In this document: piece after piece, positions 62,643 to 64,000 of the stretch
How positions within the stretch are numbered: position 1 is the first letter of the stretch
Layout: every line of letters begins with the position of its first letter
Source: Leucoraja ocellata
Lineage: Eukaryota
Direction: 5' to 3'
Assembly (NCBI GenBank): GCA_036785375.1
Contig: JAWMAR010000049.1
Coordinates: forward strand, 7,192,001-7,256,000
DNA length: 64,000 nt
Program-made: the position numbers and the translations under genes
The notes under the pieces: model-generated
The model's input: the letters and a program-made list of their open reading frames with translations, nothing else
Database searches by the model: none
Told to the model about the DNA's origin: nothing

Positions 62643-63467
62643 GCTCTACCATGGGTCACACGTAATAATCTAATGAGCCGCCCAATCTACCAAGGAAATT
62701 CTGTCAAGCCTCACCGGTGTTATCATTGGTCATGGCAGGAATCCCCAGCTTTTGTAGGATATTTTGTTACAGTGTGTGGCTGGAAAATTGTGTCGTTTGT
62801 TCCAACCATTTAACAGACACAATGGTTTCATTATTATCGCATCCAAGCACGCTTTGTTCTACTTAAAATATGCGCTGATAAGTAGCTTAATTGACAAGAT
62901 TCAGTGTCATTCTTGGGGAATATGTTAGAAAAGAATAGTTAACCTACCCAAGAATCTTGTGTGGGAAGAAACTGCAGATGCTGGGTTACACCAGAGATGG
63001 ACACAAATTGCTGGAGTAACTCAGCGGGACAGGCAGCATCTCTGGAGAGAAGGAATGAATGGGTGACGTTTCGGGTCGAGAAACCTTCTTCAGACAGTCT
63101 ATCTTCGGTGTCGATCTACACAAGAATCGGTTCCACAAAGCCCCTCGCATTGGTTAAGTATTTTGAATGAGATTCTGGGAGTCTATCTGCCGTACATCTG
63201 AAAGTCAAAGTAATTTTCACTTGAATTCATCACAGCCATTTGAAGAGACTGTTTCAATGATATCCAATTTTCTGAGTTTGCTGCGCTATTTCAGCACAGA
63301 TCTTGTGGGTTTTATAATGGGCCTTAACCTTGGCACTCACAAGTAAAAACAGTGGGGGATTGTGCATGGATAGAAGTGGTAGCACAGTGGCACAGCAGTG
63401 GAGACAGAGTCCACGGCGCTGTGAGGCATTAGATCTATACCAGCCGCGCCACTGTACCACCGTGGGT

Positions 63468-63948
63468 ACATAGAAACATAGAAATTAGGTGCAGGAGTAG
63501 GCCATTCGGCCCTGCACCGCCATTCAATATGATCATGGCTGATCATCCAACTAAGTATCCTGTACCTGCCTTCTCTCCATACCCCCTGATCCCTTTAGCC
63601 ACAAGGGCCACATCTAACTCCCTCTTAAATATAGCCAATGAACTGGCCTCAACTACCTTCTGTGGCAGAGAGTTCCAGGGATTTACCACTCTCTGTGCGA
63701 AAAATGTTTTTCTCATCTCGGTCCCCTTTATCCTTAAACTGTGACCCTTTGTTCTGGACTTCCCCAACATCGGGAACAATCTTCCTGCATCTAGCTTGTC
63801 CAACCCCCTAAGAATTTTGTAAGTTTCTATAAGATCCCCCCCTCAATCTTCTAAATTCTAGCGAGTCTATCCAGTCTTTCTTCATATGAAAGTCCTGACA
63901 TCCCAGGAATCAGTCTGGTGAACCTTCCCTGTACTCCCTCGATGGCAA
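63468..63948 (-). mobile_element. Young CR1 3' fragment
   Basis: LDAGRLFPMLGKSRTKGHSLRIKG...QRVVNPWNSLPQKVVEA; (AGAAACAT)n tail. Confidence 0.9.
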
Positions 63949-64000
63949 GGTAGAATCTTGGAAGCAGTTGGTGAGAATGAATAAACTAAAGGGGTTGGTG

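Noticed and set aside
62716-62780. 65-nt minus-strand segment between TTCCAG and GTGAGG splice-like sites
   Set aside because: Stops in all three frames and no supporting evidence; likely chance.

Overview
Vertebrate genomic DNA, most likely from a cartilaginous fish (skate or ray, inferred from the HE1-like V-SINEs, HER1-like CR1 LINEs and Penelope-derived repeats). There is one clear protein-coding gene: VKORC1L1 (vitamin K epoxide reductase complex subunit 1-like 1) on the minus strand. It has three GT-AG exons (CDS 32641-32451, 6935-6826, 2363-2137; 528 nt, 175 aa, CIIC active site) and a CpG-rich promoter at about 32.4-32.8 kb. The rest is intron or intergenic DNA dense with nested transposon remnants: CR1, Rex1/Babar-like, RTE and Tx1 LINE pieces, about 25 tRNA-derived V-SINEs, PIF/Harbinger and Tigger-like MITEs, and a non-autonomous Helitron. 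There are three N gaps. Main observations: (1) an abundant family of short Penelope-derived, often fold-back elements with 9-18 bp target duplications that carry a minimal hammerhead-ribozyme core, including a tandem pair at 57.24-57.33 kb; (2) a decayed duplicate of VKORC1L1 exon 2 about 1 kb upstream of the real exon that still has AG/GC splice borders (possible poison exon); (3) locally templated duplications tied to a GC-rich non-autonomous retroelement; (4) a complete Helitron. Repeat boundaries and identities were read by eye and are approximate.
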